Program-made: the position numbers and the translations under genes | Origin: an uncultured archaeon | GTDB taxonomy: Archaea > Aenigmatarchaeota > Aenigmatarchaeia > QMZS01 | Direction of reading: 5' to 3' | Assembly (NCBI GenBank): GCA_964547015.1 | Contig: CAZJKT010000002.1 | Span: forward strand, 5,841 to 67,108 | DNA length: 61,268 bases | Notes under the pieces: model-generated | The model's database searches: none | Seen by the model: the letters and a program-made list of their open reading frames with translations, nothing else | Told to the model about the DNA's origin: nothing | Shown here: one piece after another, positions 59,928-61,268 of the stretch | Numbering within the stretch: the stretch's first letter is position 1 | Layout: each line of letters starts with the position of its first letter

Positions 59928-61268
59928 ATGGAGATTACGGCCACAGCAGAGCTCAGGATCGCTTTTTCAGAAGAATTAGGCGTGCAGGCCTCATCTCGGA
60001 TACTTGAAAAAATCAAAAAGCATTCGGGGCCCAATTACCAAAGCGGGGTCTACACAGCAGGGCGGTTTTTTTTAGTATTGCAGGGAGATGAGGAATTGTC
60101 CTGCCTTATATTGTCCCTTGTAAAAAACATATCCGAATGGATAAGAGATTACCGGATTGGGCTAAGAGATTACTACATCCCAAATTATGAAATTAGCTTT
60201 GAGTGCGACCATGTCGGAAAGCTGGATATCCCACACACAGAAACAGTTATCTGCAACGGAAAGGAATGCAAGGCTGTTTTCAAAGACATTGAAAAGGACT
60301 TCTTAAAAAGCGGAGGGGTGAAAAGAATAATTTGCCTTATTCTCTCAAAAACTTCAGGCAAGAAATGGGGTATGGTAGCCCAACCCCAAAGTCCCCCTGC
60401 GCAAGGGCCAAACCCCTACGAAGAAGTTGAAAGCCTCCGGCTTGCAAAAAAAGGCCTTACCAAAGGGGAATATTTCTATCGGCCACGGGGCATGAAAATG
60501 CTTTTGGAAATAAAAAAAAGCGTTCGTCGGGAATTTGCTTCATTCGGATTGGAGGAATATTTCCCGACCACCTACACAAACTTCAGGGCCCTTGAAAAAA
60601 AAGGGCTTATCGAAATATTGCCTCCCGAAACCTTTTTTCTTCTTGCATCTGAACCAATTGACGCCGCAAAGGCTTATGAGCAATACTATCTCAAGGGCAA
60701 AGTCCCCCCCATCCCGCAAAAGCCCAAAGGGGCGATATACCACGAAATACCTTTCAATCTTTACCATGCCCTGCAAAAAACCCGCATAAAAAATCCCCAC
60801 TACCTCTACACACTCCAAAATTCAAAAATGCTAGTAACTTTCTTCGAGAAAGAGGGAAATTACGCTTCGGCTAAAGAGGCGATTTTGGAAAAGCTAAAAT
60901 CCCTATGCAACGGGCACGGGCTTTCATTTCGAATTATTTCGCGGCCGCTTAATGGGGAAATTCTGCGTTTCCAGTGCCTTCTCCCCCACAATAAAACATG
61001 GCTTACCGTTGCCGAAGCCTACTTTTCTGAAAGCCACTATACCCGGCCCTTTAAAATCCGCGGCATGAGCGGCCAAGTAAACATAAGCCTGGAAAATATT
61101 TTGCTCTCCCTCATCGGACAGGGGCTGCCAAAAAAAGAAAAATTATTGGGGCCCGAAACGGAAATCAAATTCCATGAAGACCCCTTGCCCGAAGAATCAA
61201 CAGATATAGAGGACAGTAAACCTCCCCCCAGCAAGCCGGGGGGCTTCAACTATCTTATAAATTCCTGC
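59928..61268 (+). CDS. large unlisted ORF, 447 codons open to the window end; faint class II aaRS-like core without canonical motif 2/3 arginines
   Basis: I translated it codon by codon from the ATG at 59928 and found no stop through 61268. It is absent from the track, presumably because it has no stop. KGEYFYRPRGMKMLLEIKKSVRREFASFGLEEYFPT..NFRALEKKG...PETFFL resembles aaRS motif 1 and its surroundings. PFNLYHALQK...NPHYLYTL and GQVNISLENILLSL resemble the motif 2/3 regions, but the Arg residues are missing. Confidence 0.6.
   Translation, partial: MEITATAELRIAFSEELGVQASSRILEKIKKHSGPNYQSGVYTAGRFFLVLQGDEELSCLILSLVKNISEWIRDYRIGLRDYYIPNYEISFECDHVGKLDIPHTETVICNGKECKAVFKDIEKDFLKSGGVKRIICLILSKTSGKKWGMVAQPQSPPAQGPNPYEEVESLRLAKKGLTKGEYFYRPRGMKMLLEIKKSVRREFASFGLEEYFPTTYTNFRALEKKGLIEILPPETFFLLASEPIDAAKAYEQYYLKGKVPPIPQKPKGAIYHEIPFNLYHALQKTRIKNPHYLYTLQNSKMLVTFFEKEGNYASAKEAILEKLKSLCNGHGLSFRIISRPLNGEILRFQCLLPHNKTWLTVAEAYFSESHYTRPFKIRGMSGQVNISLENILLSLIGQGLPKKEKLLGPETEIKFHEDPLPEESTDIEDSKPPPSKPGGFNYLINSC

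Noticed and set aside
60535-61249. Track ORFs 60535..60789 (+), 60540..60818 (-) and 61037..61249 (-)
   Set aside because: All fall inside the 447-codon stop-free frame starting at 59928. They are most likely alternative-frame or antisense shadows.

Overview
The window is an archaeal chromosome segment. Its information-processing genes are archaeal: exosome Rrp4/Rrp41/Rrp42, aIF1A, aIF5A, Spt4, Spt5, Kae1, Bud32, RadB, L7Ae, eS26, NAC, SBDS and Trm1. Short, tightly packed genes and many orphan hypothetical proteins suggest a small-genome DPANN-type lineage, but that is inference only. Most of the window is housekeeping. Other content: a type-IV-pilus-like locus (10.1-13.8 kb), an envelope/lipid-glycan locus holding a decayed IS1595-type transposase (32.4-40.7 kb), secreted Cys-rich proteins and a truncated integrase.

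The strongest lead is at 53.06-59.88 kb. An intact tRNA-Gly(GCC) and a decayed copy of its 3' half bracket about 6.8 kb, as expected for a tRNA-targeted island. The bracketed segment holds only this gene set:
- three radical-SAM enzymes (one full SPASM, one B12-binding class B, one twitch/partial SPASM)
- a small ORF in frame with the SPASM enzyme across a single TAA codon
- an unlisted 22-codon ORF directly upstream of the third radical-SAM gene
- a NIF3-family protein
- a creatininase/MftE-family hydrolase
- a shortened, divergent class II LysRS-like protein

I read this as a candidate uncharacterised peptide-modification (RiPP/mycofactocin-like) or aminoacyl-transfer system. None of this is proven.

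Second lead: all three tRNA genes (Asp, Ile, Gly) carry a large insertion at the same non-canonical T-loop position (about 53/54; 185, 101 and 96 nt). The insertions share sequence motifs. Two of the tRNAs also carry D-arm insertions.

A 447-codon reading frame (59928 to the window end) is absent from the ORF track because it has no stop codon in the window.

No rRNA genes or CRISPR arrays were seen.
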